Notes: generated from the letters alone by a model not told the origin. A stretch of 37,889 nucleotides of DNA from Patescibacteria group bacterium (GCA_016784445.1 JADHUR010000004.1:1-37889), one strand, 5' to 3'; counted from the first letter of the stretch, positions 17,585 through 28,292 are shown. Translations and numbers: made by a program.

Positions 17585-17968
17585 ATGAATACTGAAAGAA
17601 AACCTCAAATACTTGTTGTTGAACCCAATGATGATCTGCTAAACTATTTTAGGCAAAGCCTTCAAGGAAATTATAACGTAATTGCCATGAATAGACCTGA
17701 AAAAGCAAAAACAGCTTTACAGAATGGCTATAATTTTGATCTCATAACAACGGCTCTCATAATGCCAGGTGAAAGCGGCATCGATCTTATAAGATTTGCC
17801 CGTGGAATTGAAAGCTATAAAGACGTTCCAATCTTATGCATTACCGGTCTTATATTAGATAAGGAGCTTACAAAAAAAGTCACCGAAAGTGGCTGCTCCA
17901 AGATAATCTATAAACCGATCATTGGGCAAAAATTGAAACTAAAGATCAATGATTTCATCAACCTGTAA
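17585..17968 (+). CDS. single-domain response-regulator receiver (CheY-like), atypical
   Basis: ILVVE, FDLITTALIMPGESG, VPILCIT, KP motifs; the phosphoacceptor position is Ala. Confidence 0.8.
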   Translation: MNTERKPQILVVEPNDDLLNYFRQSLQGNYNVIAMNRPEKAKTALQNGYNFDLITTALIMPGESGIDLIRFARGIESYKDVPILCITGLILDKELTKKVTESGCSKIIYKPIIGQKLKLKINDFINL

Positions 17969-17973
17969 AAATT

Positions 17974-18004
17974 AAAAAAAAGACCGCTCAACGAGTGGTC
18001 TTTT
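17974..18004. terminator. bidirectional terminator between the receiver gene and rlmN
   Basis: AAAAGACCGCTC-aac-GAGTGGTCTTTT between convergent genes. Confidence 0.75.
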
Positions 18005-18019
18005 CATTTATAATAAATA

Positions 18020-19018
18020 CTATTTCTTCCTACCCGCTAATTGACCACAGGCAGCCTTAATATCTCCACCATATCCATGACGTTGACTAACTTCAATACC
18101 AAAACTCTCTAATGTTTCTCTGAAATTATTAATTGTCTTTTTAGAAGATGAAGTATATTTTTGAGTAGGATTAAATGGAATAAGGTTAACCATATACAGT
18201 GGTTTATCCATAAGCTTAGCTAATTGCTCTGCATGATTATTAGTATCATTCTCACCATTAATAAGAAGATATTCAAACATAACCTTTCTATTTGTTAAAG
18301 CAATATAATCATCTACTGCTTTTAATAATCTTCGTATGGAAACTTTAGCATTGACTGGCATTAACTTTGTTCTTAAAGCATCATTTGGTGCATGTAAAGA
18401 TATAGCTAAATTAATCTGCATATCTTCTTTAGCTAATTTTCTAATCTCTACAATAAGACCAGCTGTTGAAATAGATATTCTTCTCGCACCAATATTTAAA
18501 CCATCACCATCATTTAATATTCTAATAGCAGCTAATACATTATCGTAATTTAAAAAAGGTTCACCCATTCCCATAAATACTACATTAGAAACTCGTTCAT
18601 CATGCTTCTTTAATTCTCTTGCCCAATATAGTACTTGTTCAACAATTTCTGATACTGTAAGATTTCTTTTAAAACCCATTTGACCTGTAGCACAGAAGCT
18701 ACAACCTAATGGACACCCCACTTGTGATGAAACACAGACTGTTCTTCTACCATCACTATGTTTCATTAAGACTGTTTCAATAGATAGACCATCTTGAAGA
18801 GTTATTAACACTTTACTACTATTACCCTTTTTACTATCAAAAGCTTCCGCTTTAATATCTAAAGGAGCTTCCTTATTAAGCTTTGCTCTTAAATCCTTAG
18901 ACAAAACAGTAACTTCATCCCAATTGGATGCTAGATTTACATATATTGCTTGTTTTACCTGTTTTACTCTATACCCAGGTTCTTTATCTAAAACCTGCTC
19001 TAAATTCTCTATATTCAT
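18020..19018 (-). CDS. rlmN: 23S rRNA (A2503-C2)/tRNA methyltransferase RlmN
   Basis: CVSSQVGCPLGCSFCATG radical-SAM motif, FMGMGEP, SLHA, AACGQL. Confidence 0.95.
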   Translation of the reverse strand: MNIENLEQVLDKEPGYRVKQVKQAIYVNLASNWDEVTVLSKDLRAKLNKEAPLDIKAEAFDSKKGNSSKVLITLQDGLSIETVLMKHSDGRRTVCVSSQVGCPLGCSFCATGQMGFKRNLTVSEIVEQVLYWARELKKHDERVSNVVFMGMGEPFLNYDNVLAAIRILNDGDGLNIGARRISISTAGLIVEIRKLAKEDMQINLAISLHAPNDALRTKLMPVNAKVSIRRLLKAVDDYIALTNRKVMFEYLLINGENDTNNHAEQLAKLMDKPLYMVNLIPFNPTQKYTSSSKKTINNFRETLESFGIEVSQRHGYGGDIKAACGQLAGRKK

Positions 19019-19019
19019 A

Positions 19020-20273
19020 CTATATTTTATCTTTATTAAAATTTTCTCCTACTATATAACCCGTACTCCAGCAAATCTGCAAATTGTACCCACCAGTTGG
19101 ACCGTCTAAGTCTAAAACCTCTCCAGCAATGAATAGATTCTGCACTATCCTTGAACGCATTGTCTGAGGATTAACTTCTTTAATGTCTACACCACCAGCT
19201 GTAACAATAGCCCTATTAAAGCCTGCCAACTTTACAACAGTTAGCGGAAAGTATTTAAATAGTTTTATAAGTCCCTTTCTTTCGTCTTTAGTAACTGAAT
19301 TAACTTTCTTCTCTGGATCAATCTTAGATAACTTAATCATAACTGGTATTAACTTCTGAGGCAATAAAGCATTTAGACTATTTCTAAATAATCTATTACT
19401 TCCCTCTGCAAAATCTTTCTGTATACGTTTATCTAAAACTTCATCACTAAGTGCTGGTTTAAAATCTAATTGTAATTCAACATCTCCTTTTTCTAAAAGC
19501 TCCCCAATATTTTTACTAGAATCAATTATTATTGGTCCACTTAAACCATTGTTTGTAAATAGTGCTTCCCCAAAATTAGATAACACCTTTTTATTATCCT
19601 GGTAAACATTTGCTTCAACATTTTTTAAACTTAAACCTTCCAAATCTTTAACAAAGTTTTCTTTAACAACAATTGCCGTTAATGATGGCTTCGGAGTTAT
19701 AATATTATGTCCCATGTTAGATAGCCAATCATATCCTTCACCTGTTGAACCAGTTAAAGGATAAGATTTGCCACCAGTACATATAGCATATTCTTTTGCA
19801 ATAAATTCTCTACCATCTTTTAATATAATCTTATCTATTTTATTCTTAGATGATTCTATTGAATCTACATTAGCATTGTATATAATATCTACACCATTCT
19901 TTTTTAAATATAGCTTCAATACATCTATAACATCATATGCTTTTGCATTATCTGGAAATACTCGATCACCTCTTTCAACTTTTGTTAATAGATTCCTATT
20001 ATTAAAAAACTGTACAATATCTTCTGGTCCAAACTTATTAAATGCTGAATAAAGAAACTTTCCTGTTTTACCATAAGACTTAATAAGTGCTTGAATATTA
20101 AATTCAGCATGGGTAATATTACACCTACCCTTACCTGTAATAGCAAGCTTTACTCCAAGCCTATCATTCTTCTCCAAGAGTAAAACTTTAGCACCATTTT
20201 CTGCTGCTCTACCAGCTGACATGATGCCTGCTGGACCACCACCTATTACAATTAAATCATAATCTTTATTCAT
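19020..20273 (-). CDS. HI0933/YhiN/BaiN-family NAD(P)/FAD-dependent oxidoreductase
   Basis: GGGPAG, ITGKGRCNIT, TGGKSYPLTGSTGEG, VTAGGV, DGPTGGYNLQ; start placed at MNKDYD. Confidence 0.92.
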   Translation of the reverse strand: MNKDYDLIVIGGGPAGIMSAGRAAENGAKVLLLEKNDRLGVKLAITGKGRCNITHAEFNIQALIKSYGKTGKFLYSAFNKFGPEDIVQFFNNRNLLTKVERGDRVFPDNAKAYDVIDVLKLYLKKNGVDIIYNANVDSIESSKNKIDKIILKDGREFIAKEYAICTGGKSYPLTGSTGEGYDWLSNMGHNIITPKPSLTAIVVKENFVKDLEGLSLKNVEANVYQDNKKVLSNFGEALFTNNGLSGPIIIDSSKNIGELLEKGDVELQLDFKPALSDEVLDKRIQKDFAEGSNRLFRNSLNALLPQKLIPVMIKLSKIDPEKKVNSVTKDERKGLIKLFKYFPLTVVKLAGFNRAIVTAGGVDIKEVNPQTMRSRIVQNLFIAGEVLDLDGPTGGYNLQICWSTGYIVGENFNKDKI

Positions 20274-20342
20274 AGAAGTATAATCCCATAGTTTTAACAA
20301 AATGTAAACAAAAAACTCCTGTATATACAGAAGTTCTTAGTA

Positions 20343-20417
20343 TGGCTCCGCGGGTCGGACTCGAACCGACGACCAATTGATTAACAGTCAACTGCTCTAC
20401 CACTGAGCTACCGCGGA
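20343..20417 (-). tRNA. tRNA-Asn(GTT)
   Basis: TCCGCGG/CCGCGGA acceptor, loop CTGTTAA, G73, CCA encoded. Confidence 0.97.
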
Positions 20418-20435
20418 ATAAATAATGCTTGAAAC

Positions 20436-20464
20436 ATTATATGAGAAATATTTAACGCCGTCAA
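20436..20464 (-). promoter_or_regulatory. sigma70 promoter of tRNA-Asn (the -35 lies inside the AACGCCGT/ACGGCGTT hairpin downstream of rpoD)
   Basis: TTGACG-17 nt-TATAAT. Confidence 0.75.
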
Positions 20465-20501
20465 GTATAACGGCGTTTAATATATATAAATACTATAAGA
20501 A

Positions 20502-21857
20502 TTAATAGTCTCTCAATTTATTCATATCTACATGATTTTGTATCTTCTCAAGTGCCTTTGCTTCAATTTGACGAATACGTTCACGCGTAACTCCAAATTC
20601 TTGCCCAACTTCTTCTAAAGTATGAGCCACTCCATCATCGATACCAAATCTCATTTCTAATATCTTTTGTTCTCTTGGAGAAAGTTCACCAATTATTGCT
20701 TTAACATGATCTTTAAGTAATTGAAGTGCCGCAACCTTGTCTGGAGTAATAGTTTTATGATCTTCAATAAAATCTCCCAAAGTACTATCTTCGTCATCTT
20801 CACCCACAGATGTTTCAAGTGAAACAGTTTCTTGAGATATTTTCATAATCTGTCTAACTTTATCTATTTCCTCTCCCATCTCAGCAGCAATTTCTTCTGG
20901 CAGAGGTTCTCTACCAAGATCTTGAATAAGTCTTCTTTCAATCTGTTGAAATTTATTAATAGTTTCAACCATGTGAACTGGAATACGAATAGTTCTGGAT
21001 TGATCGGCCAGCGCTCTTGTTATAGCCTGACGTATCCACCAAGTAGCATAAGTAGAAAATTTGTATCCCTTACGATAATCAAACTTATCTACTGCTCTAA
21101 ATAGTCCCACATTACCTTCTTGGATTAAATCCAGTAAAGATAAATTTCTACCAACAAATTTCTTTGCAATTGAAACAACAAGTCTAAGATTAGCAGTTAC
21201 AAGTTGTGATCTTGCTTCCATATCATTCTTCTCCTTGCGTTTTGCAAGCTTTACCTCTTCTTCACCTTTAAGTAATGGCACCCTTCCAATTTCACGAAGA
21301 TACATTTGAATAGAGTCAGCCGACATATCTATTAAATCAATTACCTTGTCTTTATCTGCACTCATTTCCCTATCTAAAATACCACCCTCTGGAACAATAA
21401 TTCCAACACCTGCATCATCTAAAGTATCTAGAAAACCCTCATACATATCTGCATACTCTTCTATATTCCTAAATAGATATAGAACTTCATCTTCAGTAAG
21501 ATAGCCCCTTAGGCGTCCTTTATTAAACAAAAAAGTTATTTGATCCTCTGAAGGAACAAAAATCTCCTCAACTTCAATATTTTTAATTGATTTCTTTTTT
21601 ACTACTCTTTTTTTTGGAGCTGCTTTCTTCTTAGGTTTTACTTTAGGTCGCTTTTTAGCAACTTTCTTTGGTTTAGCCTTTTTGGCTGGTTTCTTTTTAA
21701 CAGCTGGTTTTTTCTTGGCTGCTTTTTTCTTAATAACACCTCGTGGTTTTCGAGCCGTTGTTTTAGCTTTAGTAGTTTTTTTAACTACTTTAGCTGGTTT
21801 ATTTTTAGTTGTCCTTTTACGAGCGGGTTTGGCCTTGCTCGTTTTCTTTGCTGCCAT
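20502..21857 (-). CDS. rpoD: RNA polymerase primary sigma factor RpoD with Lys/Ala/Pro-rich N-terminus
   Basis: [53 protein letters not shown]; directly downstream of dnaG. Confidence 0.96.
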   Translation of the reverse strand: MAAKKTSKAKPARKRTTKNKPAKVVKKTTKAKTTARKPRGVIKKKAAKKKPAVKKKPAKKAKPKKVAKKRPKVKPKKKAAPKKRVVKKKSIKNIEVEEIFVPSEDQITFLFNKGRLRGYLTEDEVLYLFRNIEEYADMYEGFLDTLDDAGVGIIVPEGGILDREMSADKDKVIDLIDMSADSIQMYLREIGRVPLLKGEEEVKLAKRKEKNDMEARSQLVTANLRLVVSIAKKFVGRNLSLLDLIQEGNVGLFRAVDKFDYRKGYKFSTYATWWIRQAITRALADQSRTIRIPVHMVETINKFQQIERRLIQDLGREPLPEEIAAEMGEEIDKVRQIMKISQETVSLETSVGEDDEDSTLGDFIEDHKTITPDKVAALQLLKDHVKAIIGELSPREQKILEMRFGIDDGVAHTLEEVGQEFGVTRERIRQIEAKALEKIQNHVDMNKLRDY

Positions 21858-21880
21858 GTGTAATATATTACAACTAATTA

Positions 21881-23665
21881 TTAATGTAATAAACGATTAA
21901 TATCTTTATTTACCTTATCTTTTTCATTAAGTAAATTATTAACCTTAGCATCATCTCCAGATGCTTCTGCAGTTTTAATAGCCTCATCTAATTTAGAAGC
22001 CTTTACTCTTAAGCCTTCCACCTTGAATCTATCTACTAATTGTTCTAATTCTCTTTTTTTAGCAAGTTCCGTTAAATTACCAAATTCACTACCTGCTAGT
22101 AAAAAAAGCACATTAGATCGCTTTAATAGCTCTGGCTCTGTTTTAAATAGCTCCTCTAAATTAACCTGGTTATTGTCAAAAGTGCCTTTATTATACTGGA
22201 TTATTAGCTCTTTGTAAATCCTGCTAGCTGCATCTTCATAAAAATCTTCAGGCATTAGTCTTTGTTCAATATCTGCCAGTAATTTAATATCTGATAATAA
22301 TAATGCTAAAACTCTTTCGGTTAACATCTTTATAGTATCTATATTTTGAATAGAAGGCTGAGGAGACTGTTTTACAGTAATAGATTTTTTATCTGTTTTA
22401 AGTGAATTAATCTTATCTTCTAAGATTTTATCGTCTACAGCAATAAAACTTGCAAGCTTTTGAATATAGTGAGTTCTATCTATTGCATCTGGTAATTTGG
22501 CAATTATTGGTAATAGTACAGCCGCTGCCTTTTTCTTATGATCAGCCCTAGTTAAATCTAAATCTTTTAAAGTTATATCAAAATAGTAATCTATAATATT
22601 AACTGCACCTTTAATAGAATCAAGCCATAATTGCTTATCTTGCTTAATACATTCATCTGGATCCTTACCCGCCTTTAAGACAATGATTTTCACATTAAGA
22701 CCCTCTTGCCAAGCAAGATCAAGGCCTCTGAGGGCTGCTCTTTGTCCTGCTTGATCGGCATCAAAGGCAATCATAACATTTTTAGAATATCTCTTTAATA
22801 AATGAATCTGTTCTAAGGTAAGAGCTGTTCCAGAAACAGCTACTACATTCTTAGTGCCAGCTTGAGACACTGCAATCACATCCATATTACCCTCTACAAG
22901 AATTGTATAGTCTTGCCTCTTCATATATTGCTTTGCTTTATCTAAACCAAACAATATATAGCTTTTATTATATACCTGTGTCTGTGGAGTATTAATATAT
23001 TTTGCATCCTCCCCTGACATTGTACGAGCAGAACAACCAACTGGTTGACCATGATGATTATTAATTGGAAATATTAATCTATTGCGAAATCTATCATAAT
23101 ATTTATTATCTTTCTGAGATTGACTTACAATACCCGCATCTAATATATCTTTATCTTCATAACCTAAAGATTTTAAATACTTAAATAAATCATCCCAAGA
23201 ATCTTTTGCCCAACCCAATTGCCATTCAAGTATTGTTTCTTGTTTCAATTGTCTACCTTCTAAATATTTTCTAACTGGTTCAGCATTAGGATCTTTTAGT
23301 AAAAGATTGTGCCAATACTCTACCGCTTGTTTATTAATATCTAATAGCTTTGTCTTTTTAGTAGACATCTCCGGCTGATGATATTCCAGTTTAATATTTG
23401 CCTTCTTAGCAAGCACCCTTAAAGCTTCTGGAAAATCCATACCTTCCATTTTCTGTAACCAAGTAAATACATCTCCTCCTTCACCACAACCAAAACAATG
23501 CCATATCTGCTTATCTTTAGATATCATCATAGAGGGAGTCTTTTCATTATGAAAAGGACATAAAGCTCTAAAATTATTAACACCAGCTGGTGTTAATTTA
23601 ATATATTCTTGAATTACCTCCACAAGGTCTATTCTAGCTTTGATTTCCTCTGTTTGATTTAACAT
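21881..23665 (-). CDS. dnaG: DNA primase
   Basis: [10 protein letters not shown]...WHCFGC zinc finger, [36 protein letters not shown]. Confidence 0.97.
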   Translation of the reverse strand: MLNQTEEIKARIDLVEVIQEYIKLTPAGVNNFRALCPFHNEKTPSMMISKDKQIWHCFGCGEGGDVFTWLQKMEGMDFPEALRVLAKKANIKLEYHQPEMSTKKTKLLDINKQAVEYWHNLLLKDPNAEPVRKYLEGRQLKQETILEWQLGWAKDSWDDLFKYLKSLGYEDKDILDAGIVSQSQKDNKYYDRFRNRLIFPINNHHGQPVGCSARTMSGEDAKYINTPQTQVYNKSYILFGLDKAKQYMKRQDYTILVEGNMDVIAVSQAGTKNVVAVSGTALTLEQIHLLKRYSKNVMIAFDADQAGQRAALRGLDLAWQEGLNVKIIVLKAGKDPDECIKQDKQLWLDSIKGAVNIIDYYFDITLKDLDLTRADHKKKAAAVLLPIIAKLPDAIDRTHYIQKLASFIAVDDKILEDKINSLKTDKKSITVKQSPQPSIQNIDTIKMLTERVLALLLSDIKLLADIEQRLMPEDFYEDAASRIYKELIIQYNKGTFDNNQVNLEELFKTEPELLKRSNVLFLLAGSEFGNLTELAKKRELEQLVDRFKVEGLRVKASKLDEAIKTAEASGDDAKVNNLLNEKDKVNKDINRLLH

Positions 23666-23778
23666 AATATTTAAGTTGTAGCATAAAATACTAGTTTATA
23701 CAATATATAATTGACAAAATAGCCCTATCTTGATACACATAATATATTGCTACATTAACAATAAGGATGGGGGTTACA

Positions 23779-24012
23779 ATGTCTCAGATAAAATCTAAAC
23801 ATAATGGTATAATTCTCGCCATTATAAGCTTAATGGGAATTAGCTTCTGTATTTATACATTAATACAGAATATTTTTCTGCCAAATAGTCAGGAAACACT
23901 ACCAATTATTGGATTGAGTTTTATCACTCTATGCATATGCTTACTGGCACTTTATATTTATATCTGTGAACGATATGACATACAAAGCAAGTTTCTTGAC
24001 TCTCTTCATTAG
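23779..24012 (+). CDS. small two-TM hypothetical protein
   Basis: two hydrophobic helices; GGGGG SD before the ATG at 23779 (ORF track start 23767); TTGACA at 23711; terminator follows. Confidence 0.6.
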   Translation: MSQIKSKHNGIILAIISLMGISFCIYTLIQNIFLPNSQETLPIIGLSFITLCICLLALYIYICERYDIQSKFLDSLH

Positions 24013-24022
24013 AACTTTAAAA

Positions 24023-24050
24023 TAAAACCAACCTTAATAGGTTGGTTTTA
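24023..24050. terminator. bidirectional terminator
   Basis: TAAAACCAACCT-taat-AGGTTGGTTTTA perfect inverted repeat between convergent genes. Confidence 0.8.
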
Positions 24051-24065
24051 ACTTTATATAAGATA

Positions 24066-24968
24066 TTATATAGTTATATTATGTAATGCTTCTAAAAACT
24101 TATCTAGCTGACTTGAAATATTTTCTGGAATATCATTACTCTTCAGCATTGTAACTTGACTTTCTAAAGAGGCTAATAATTTAGTAAATACAATTCTTTC
24201 CTCATCACTAATGTTTTCTAAAGAATCAATATCTTTATTAAGAAGCAAAGCGTCTAACTGAACATCTGACATAGCTAAATAAAAAGCTGGTACATTCTTT
24301 ATCTCCTGTTTTACTAATTTTCTTACATCTCCCTCTGATTCTAAACTAAAACCATATTTAATCTTAACTCCACCTTTCATTGCTTTATTTAATATCTTTT
24401 TATCCTTAGCTTCTACTCTTTCATGATCATGACTATCATAAACCTCATCAAAGGCGCAGATTACTTCTCCTGTTTCCTTGTGAACAATTACATTGTCTAC
24501 ACCATTCTCATAATCATCAAAAGTACTAGACCTCATTACAATATATTTATCATGCAAAAATTTATACAATATTGAAGTTATAGCCATCTCAACAATTGTG
24601 CCCCTATGATTTAATCTACTTTCTTTATACTGCGCCAGTAACTCTTCCGTTGTGTCACAACCAAATTTATCTTTATAATATTTTCTAACATTATCATTAT
24701 CTGCTCCACTCCATAATAACTCTTTATCGTGATTCATTCTTTCATCATGCTTAACCTCTTCTTTAGAAAAATTTCCACCACTTTTAACTAAAAAAGAACG
24801 CATATTAATAGCATTATCTTCACCTAATAAATCTCTTGCACTATCTCCAAAAGTATCGAGTAATTCAGCTTGAGTTTTACTGGCAATTTTCTCCATTAAA
24901 ATACCTAGTCTTTCTCCAGGATTTTCCTGAGACTTGGGAGCTTCAAATTTTGGTGAAAAATTTATCAT
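24066..24968 (-). CDS. hypothetical protein (possible PD-(D/E)XK-like acidic motif)
   Basis: 300-aa ORF; E..SSTFDDYENGVDNVI...AFDE motif. Confidence 0.7.
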   Translation of the reverse strand: MINFSPKFEAPKSQENPGERLGILMEKIASKTQAELLDTFGDSARDLLGEDNAINMRSFLVKSGGNFSKEEVKHDERMNHDKELLWSGADNDNVRKYYKDKFGCDTTEELLAQYKESRLNHRGTIVEMAITSILYKFLHDKYIVMRSSTFDDYENGVDNVIVHKETGEVICAFDEVYDSHDHERVEAKDKKILNKAMKGGVKIKYGFSLESEGDVRKLVKQEIKNVPAFYLAMSDVQLDALLLNKDIDSLENISDEERIVFTKLLASLESQVTMLKSNDIPENISSQLDKFLEALHNITI

Positions 24969-25130
24969 ATAATATTAGCATAGCAAACAATTACAAATTA
25001 GACAAAGAAGATGGCTTTACAAATAACACACACCGTGCTAAGTTGTTATCTTATATTATTGTCGTGCCATTTAAATAGGGGCGATAGCAAAAAATCTATC
25101 GGGTCGACCCAAAAAGTATAAATAAAAATT

Positions 25131-25162
25131 AAAAAAGCCGCTGGTTAAACCAGGCGGTTTTT
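25131..25162. terminator. bidirectional terminator downstream of tRNA-Arg
   Basis: AAAAAGCCGCTGGTT/AACCAGGCGGTTTTT hairpin with A and T tracts. Confidence 0.75.
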
Positions 25163-25176
25163 AAATACATAATATC

Positions 25177-25251
25177 TGGTGCCCTCACCAGGATTCGAAC
25201 CTGGATCCCAAGAACCGCAATCTTGTGTTCTATCCATTGAACTATGAGGAC
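25177..25251 (-). tRNA. tRNA-Arg(GCG)
   Basis: GTCCTCA TA GTTC AATGGATA GAAC A CAAGA TTGCGGT TCTTG GGAT CCAGG TTCGAAT CCTGG TGAGGGC A CCA. Confidence 0.95.
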
Positions 25252-25283
25252 ATAAATAAATAAACTCCCAATAAACACATGGA

Positions 25284-25312
25284 AGTTTACTCTACGAAAC
25301 TCGTATTGTCAA
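25284..25312 (-). promoter_or_regulatory. sigma70 promoter of tRNA-Arg
   Basis: TTGACA-17 nt-TAAACT. Confidence 0.7.
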
Positions 25313-25315
25313 TAA

Positions 25316-25825
25316 CTATAGCTTAAATATTTTACCCAATGCTTCAGATATTGGCTCCCCTTCTCTTTCTGTATTCTCTTTAATATATTTCATTAATAGC
25401 TCTCTAAGTTTAATTGGATCTTGATCAAATAATGGAATACTAATTCGTGGTCTCAATACATTATTAAATTCAATAAATATATTACTAATTTCCGGTGGAT
25501 TATATACAATATAGAAATTAGCAATATCGCCATATTCAAAATATTTACCACCAACTGCAATACCTTTTGTAGTCACAACAAACTCAATAATCTCCGGTTT
25601 AGTATTATCTATCTTTACAAGTGTAACTGCAGCAATAATAATAATCATACCGAATAATAAATTGGCTGTAAAAATGGAATAAATAAGTAATAGTAAACCA
25701 ATAATACCGGCAATGATATACCAACTTTTACCTCTGGTATAATCTTGGAACTCTGGAATTTCCCATCCCATTTTTACTTCTCCAATATATTCACCATCTA
25801 TGTATTTTTTCTCTATATTTGCCAT
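25316..25825 (-). CDS. hypothetical membrane protein (two TM plus PH-like C-terminal domain)
   Basis: 169 aa; W..PEF....RGKSWY, two TM helices, FVVTTKGIAVGGKYFEY. Confidence 0.75.
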   Translation of the reverse strand: MANIEKKYIDGEYIGEVKMGWEIPEFQDYTRGKSWYIIAGIIGLLLLIYSIFTANLLFGMIIIIAAVTLVKIDNTKPEIIEFVVTTKGIAVGGKYFEYGDIANFYIVYNPPEISNIFIEFNNVLRPRISIPLFDQDPIKLRELLMKYIKENTEREGEPISEALGKIFKL

Positions 25826-25857
25826 ATGTACTTAAATTATAGTATTATTCTATACAA

Positions 25858-25886
25858 TTGACAATAGATGCAAAATCTATTATACT
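25858..25886 (+). promoter_or_regulatory. sigma70 promoter of the tRNA-Ser pair
   Basis: TTGACA-17 nt-TATACT. Confidence 0.7.
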
Positions 25887-25945
25887 TCCAATTGCTTTTT
25901 AATAATATATCACATATAGCTAATGGACATTGTTCAAAGGCTTGC

Positions 25946-26038
25946 GGAGAGGTACCCAAGAGGCTGAAGGGGACGGTTTGCTAAACCGTTAGGTCGGTTC
26001 ATACCGGCGCGAGGGTTCGAATCCCTCTCTCTCCGCCA
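25946..26038 (+). tRNA. tRNA-Ser(GCT)
   Basis: GGAGAGG acceptor, ACGGT-TTGCTAA-ACCGT, long variable arm, GCCA end. Confidence 0.97.
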
Positions 26039-26039
26039 C

Positions 26040-26129
26040 GGAGAGGTGCCAGAGTGGTCGAATGGAACAGTCTTGAAAACTGTCGGGCCTTAACGGGTCC
26101 CGTGGGTTCGAATCCCACCCTCTCCGCCA
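26040..26129 (+). tRNA. tRNA-Ser(TGA)
   Basis: GGAGAGG acceptor, ACAGT-CTTGAAA-ACTGT, long variable arm, GCCA end; 1-nt spacer from the previous tRNA. Confidence 0.97.
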
Positions 26130-26137
26130 CTTAAGAG

Positions 26138-26162
26138 AATAGCTTTTTAAAGCTATTTTTTT
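26138..26162 (+). terminator. terminator after the tRNA-Ser pair
   Basis: AATAGCTTT/AAAGCTATT hairpin plus T-tract. Confidence 0.65.
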
Positions 26163-26188
26163 ATTCCCCTATCTGCTACAATTAATAT

Positions 26189-28270
26189 ATGCTAACTCTA
26201 AAAACTAAAGTTAATGAAATAAATAAGGTTGGAATGGCAATAGCCGGAAGACTACGCAGACTCAATATTAAAACAGTTGAAGATGTTTTAATGCACCTAC
26301 CTTTCAGATATGACGATTTCAGTAATACAGCAAAAATAGATGAACTTATAGCTGGCGAGCCAGCAACAATTAAAGGAGTAATAGAACTAATGTCTAGTAG
26401 AAGGGCAAGAAATAGAAAATTAACTATTACAGAGGCACTAATTACTGACGATACTGGCTCTATAAAAGTAATTTGGTTTAATCAGCCATATTTATCTAAA
26501 ATGTTTAATAAAGGAGATGAAATCATTCTTGCTGGTAAAGTGTCTGGTGAATTATTAGCTCAACAAATGAATAACCCCTCTTATGAAAAAGTTAAAGAAA
26601 TAACAACCCACACTGGGAGACTTGTTCCAATTTATTCAACCACAGAAAAACTAACTCAAAAACAAATTAGATTTATCGCACAATCATGCTTACCAGCACT
26701 AGATAATCTATCTGACTGGTTACCAGACACAATTAAAGAAGAAAATGATTTAATAGACCTTGCTGAAGCAATTAAGCAAATTCACTTTCCTGAAAATGAA
26801 GAAGCCTTAAAAATAGCTCAGAATAGATTACAGTTTGATGAGATATTTCTATTACAATTACAACAACAACTTGTTAAGAATGCTCTAAATGAAAATAACT
26901 CCCCTATTATTAAATTCAAGCAAGATGAAATAAAAGAATTTGTTAAAAGTTTACCTTTTACACTTACTCCTGATCAAAAGAAAGCAGGGTGGGAAATAAT
27001 ACAGAATATGGATGGGAAAAATCCAATGAATAGACTACTTGATGGAGATGTAGGATCAGGTAAAACAGTCGTAGCAATACTTGCTGCCTATAGTGCAATG
27101 ATTAATAATTTTCAAGTTGCCTTAATGGCACCAACTACAATACTGGCACAACAACATATTCAAACTATTAAAAAATTACTACCTAATAATAAATTTAGCT
27201 ACTGTCTGCTAACACTTAAAGATGCCCTTCTATACAAAGGTAATAAGATAACTGAACTTAAGAAAAAAGAATTAATAGAAATTATTAAAGAAGGTAAAGT
27301 AAACCTCATAATTGGAACACATGCTTTAATACAAAAAACTGTAGAATATAATAACTTAGGCCTGGTTATAATAGATGAACAACATAGATTTGGTGTTGAT
27401 CAAAGAAAAGCCTTAAGAGATAAATCTGGTGATCCTAAAACCATGCCTCACTTCCTATCTATGACAGCAACTCCTATACCAAGAACCTTAGCTCTGGCTC
27501 TTTATGGAGATTTAGACATTTCACTCATTAAAACTATGCCATCTGGTAGGCAAAAGATTATTACAGAAATCATACCACCAATTGATAGAACTAAGTCTTA
27601 TGAATTTATTAATGAGCAAATACGCAATGGTAGACAGGTTTTTGTTATCTGTCCCTTAATAGATCCTTCAGATAAATTAGGTGTTAAATCTGTTACAGAA
27701 GAATTTGCACACCTAAACGACGAAGTCTTCCCTCATTTAAGCATTGGACTTTTACATGGTAAATTAAAACCTGAAGAAAAAACCAATATAATGGAAGATT
27801 TTAAGAATAATATAATACAAATACTCGTCTCAACATCTGTTGTTGAAGTAGGTGTAGATATTCCAAATGCAACTGTTATGATGATTGAAGGAGCAGAGAG
27901 ATTTGGTCTTGCACAAATGCATCAATTCAGAGGTAGAGTTGGTAGGGGTGAGCATCAATCTTACTGTTATCTCTTTACAGACAGTGATACACCTAAAACT
28001 ATTTCTAGACTTAAAGCATTGGTAGATAATTATAATGGCTTTGCATTAGCAGAAAGAGATTTAAAATTTAGAGGTGGTGGAAATATATATGGAACAGATC
28101 AATCTGGTTTTGGTAATCAGTTTATTGTAAATGCTTTGCAAAATATTGCTCTCTTGAAGAAAGCTCAAACTGCTGCACAAGATATCCTTAAGACAAACCC
28201 TAAACTAACAAAATTTCCTAAATTAAAAAAGAAAATGGATAAAATTATGGACAGAATGCACATGGAATAA
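26189..28270 (+). CDS. recG: ATP-dependent DNA helicase RecG
   Basis: OB wedge domain, MNRLLDGDVGSGKT, IDEQHRFG, MTATPIPRTL, HQFRGRVGRG. Confidence 0.97.
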   Translation: MLTLKTKVNEINKVGMAIAGRLRRLNIKTVEDVLMHLPFRYDDFSNTAKIDELIAGEPATIKGVIELMSSRRARNRKLTITEALITDDTGSIKVIWFNQPYLSKMFNKGDEIILAGKVSGELLAQQMNNPSYEKVKEITTHTGRLVPIYSTTEKLTQKQIRFIAQSCLPALDNLSDWLPDTIKEENDLIDLAEAIKQIHFPENEEALKIAQNRLQFDEIFLLQLQQQLVKNALNENNSPIIKFKQDEIKEFVKSLPFTLTPDQKKAGWEIIQNMDGKNPMNRLLDGDVGSGKTVVAILAAYSAMINNFQVALMAPTTILAQQHIQTIKKLLPNNKFSYCLLTLKDALLYKGNKITELKKKELIEIIKEGKVNLIIGTHALIQKTVEYNNLGLVIIDEQHRFGVDQRKALRDKSGDPKTMPHFLSMTATPIPRTLALALYGDLDISLIKTMPSGRQKIITEIIPPIDRTKSYEFINEQIRNGRQVFVICPLIDPSDKLGVKSVTEEFAHLNDEVFPHLSIGLLHGKLKPEEKTNIMEDFKNNIIQILVSTSVVEVGVDIPNATVMMIEGAERFGLAQMHQFRGRVGRGEHQSYCYLFTDSDTPKTISRLKALVDNYNGFALAERDLKFRGGGNIYGTDQSGFGNQFIVNALQNIALLKKAQTAAQDILKTNPKLTKFPKLKKKMDKIMDRMHME

Positions 28271-28292
28271 TTGCATATAAAACTAAATAGAC

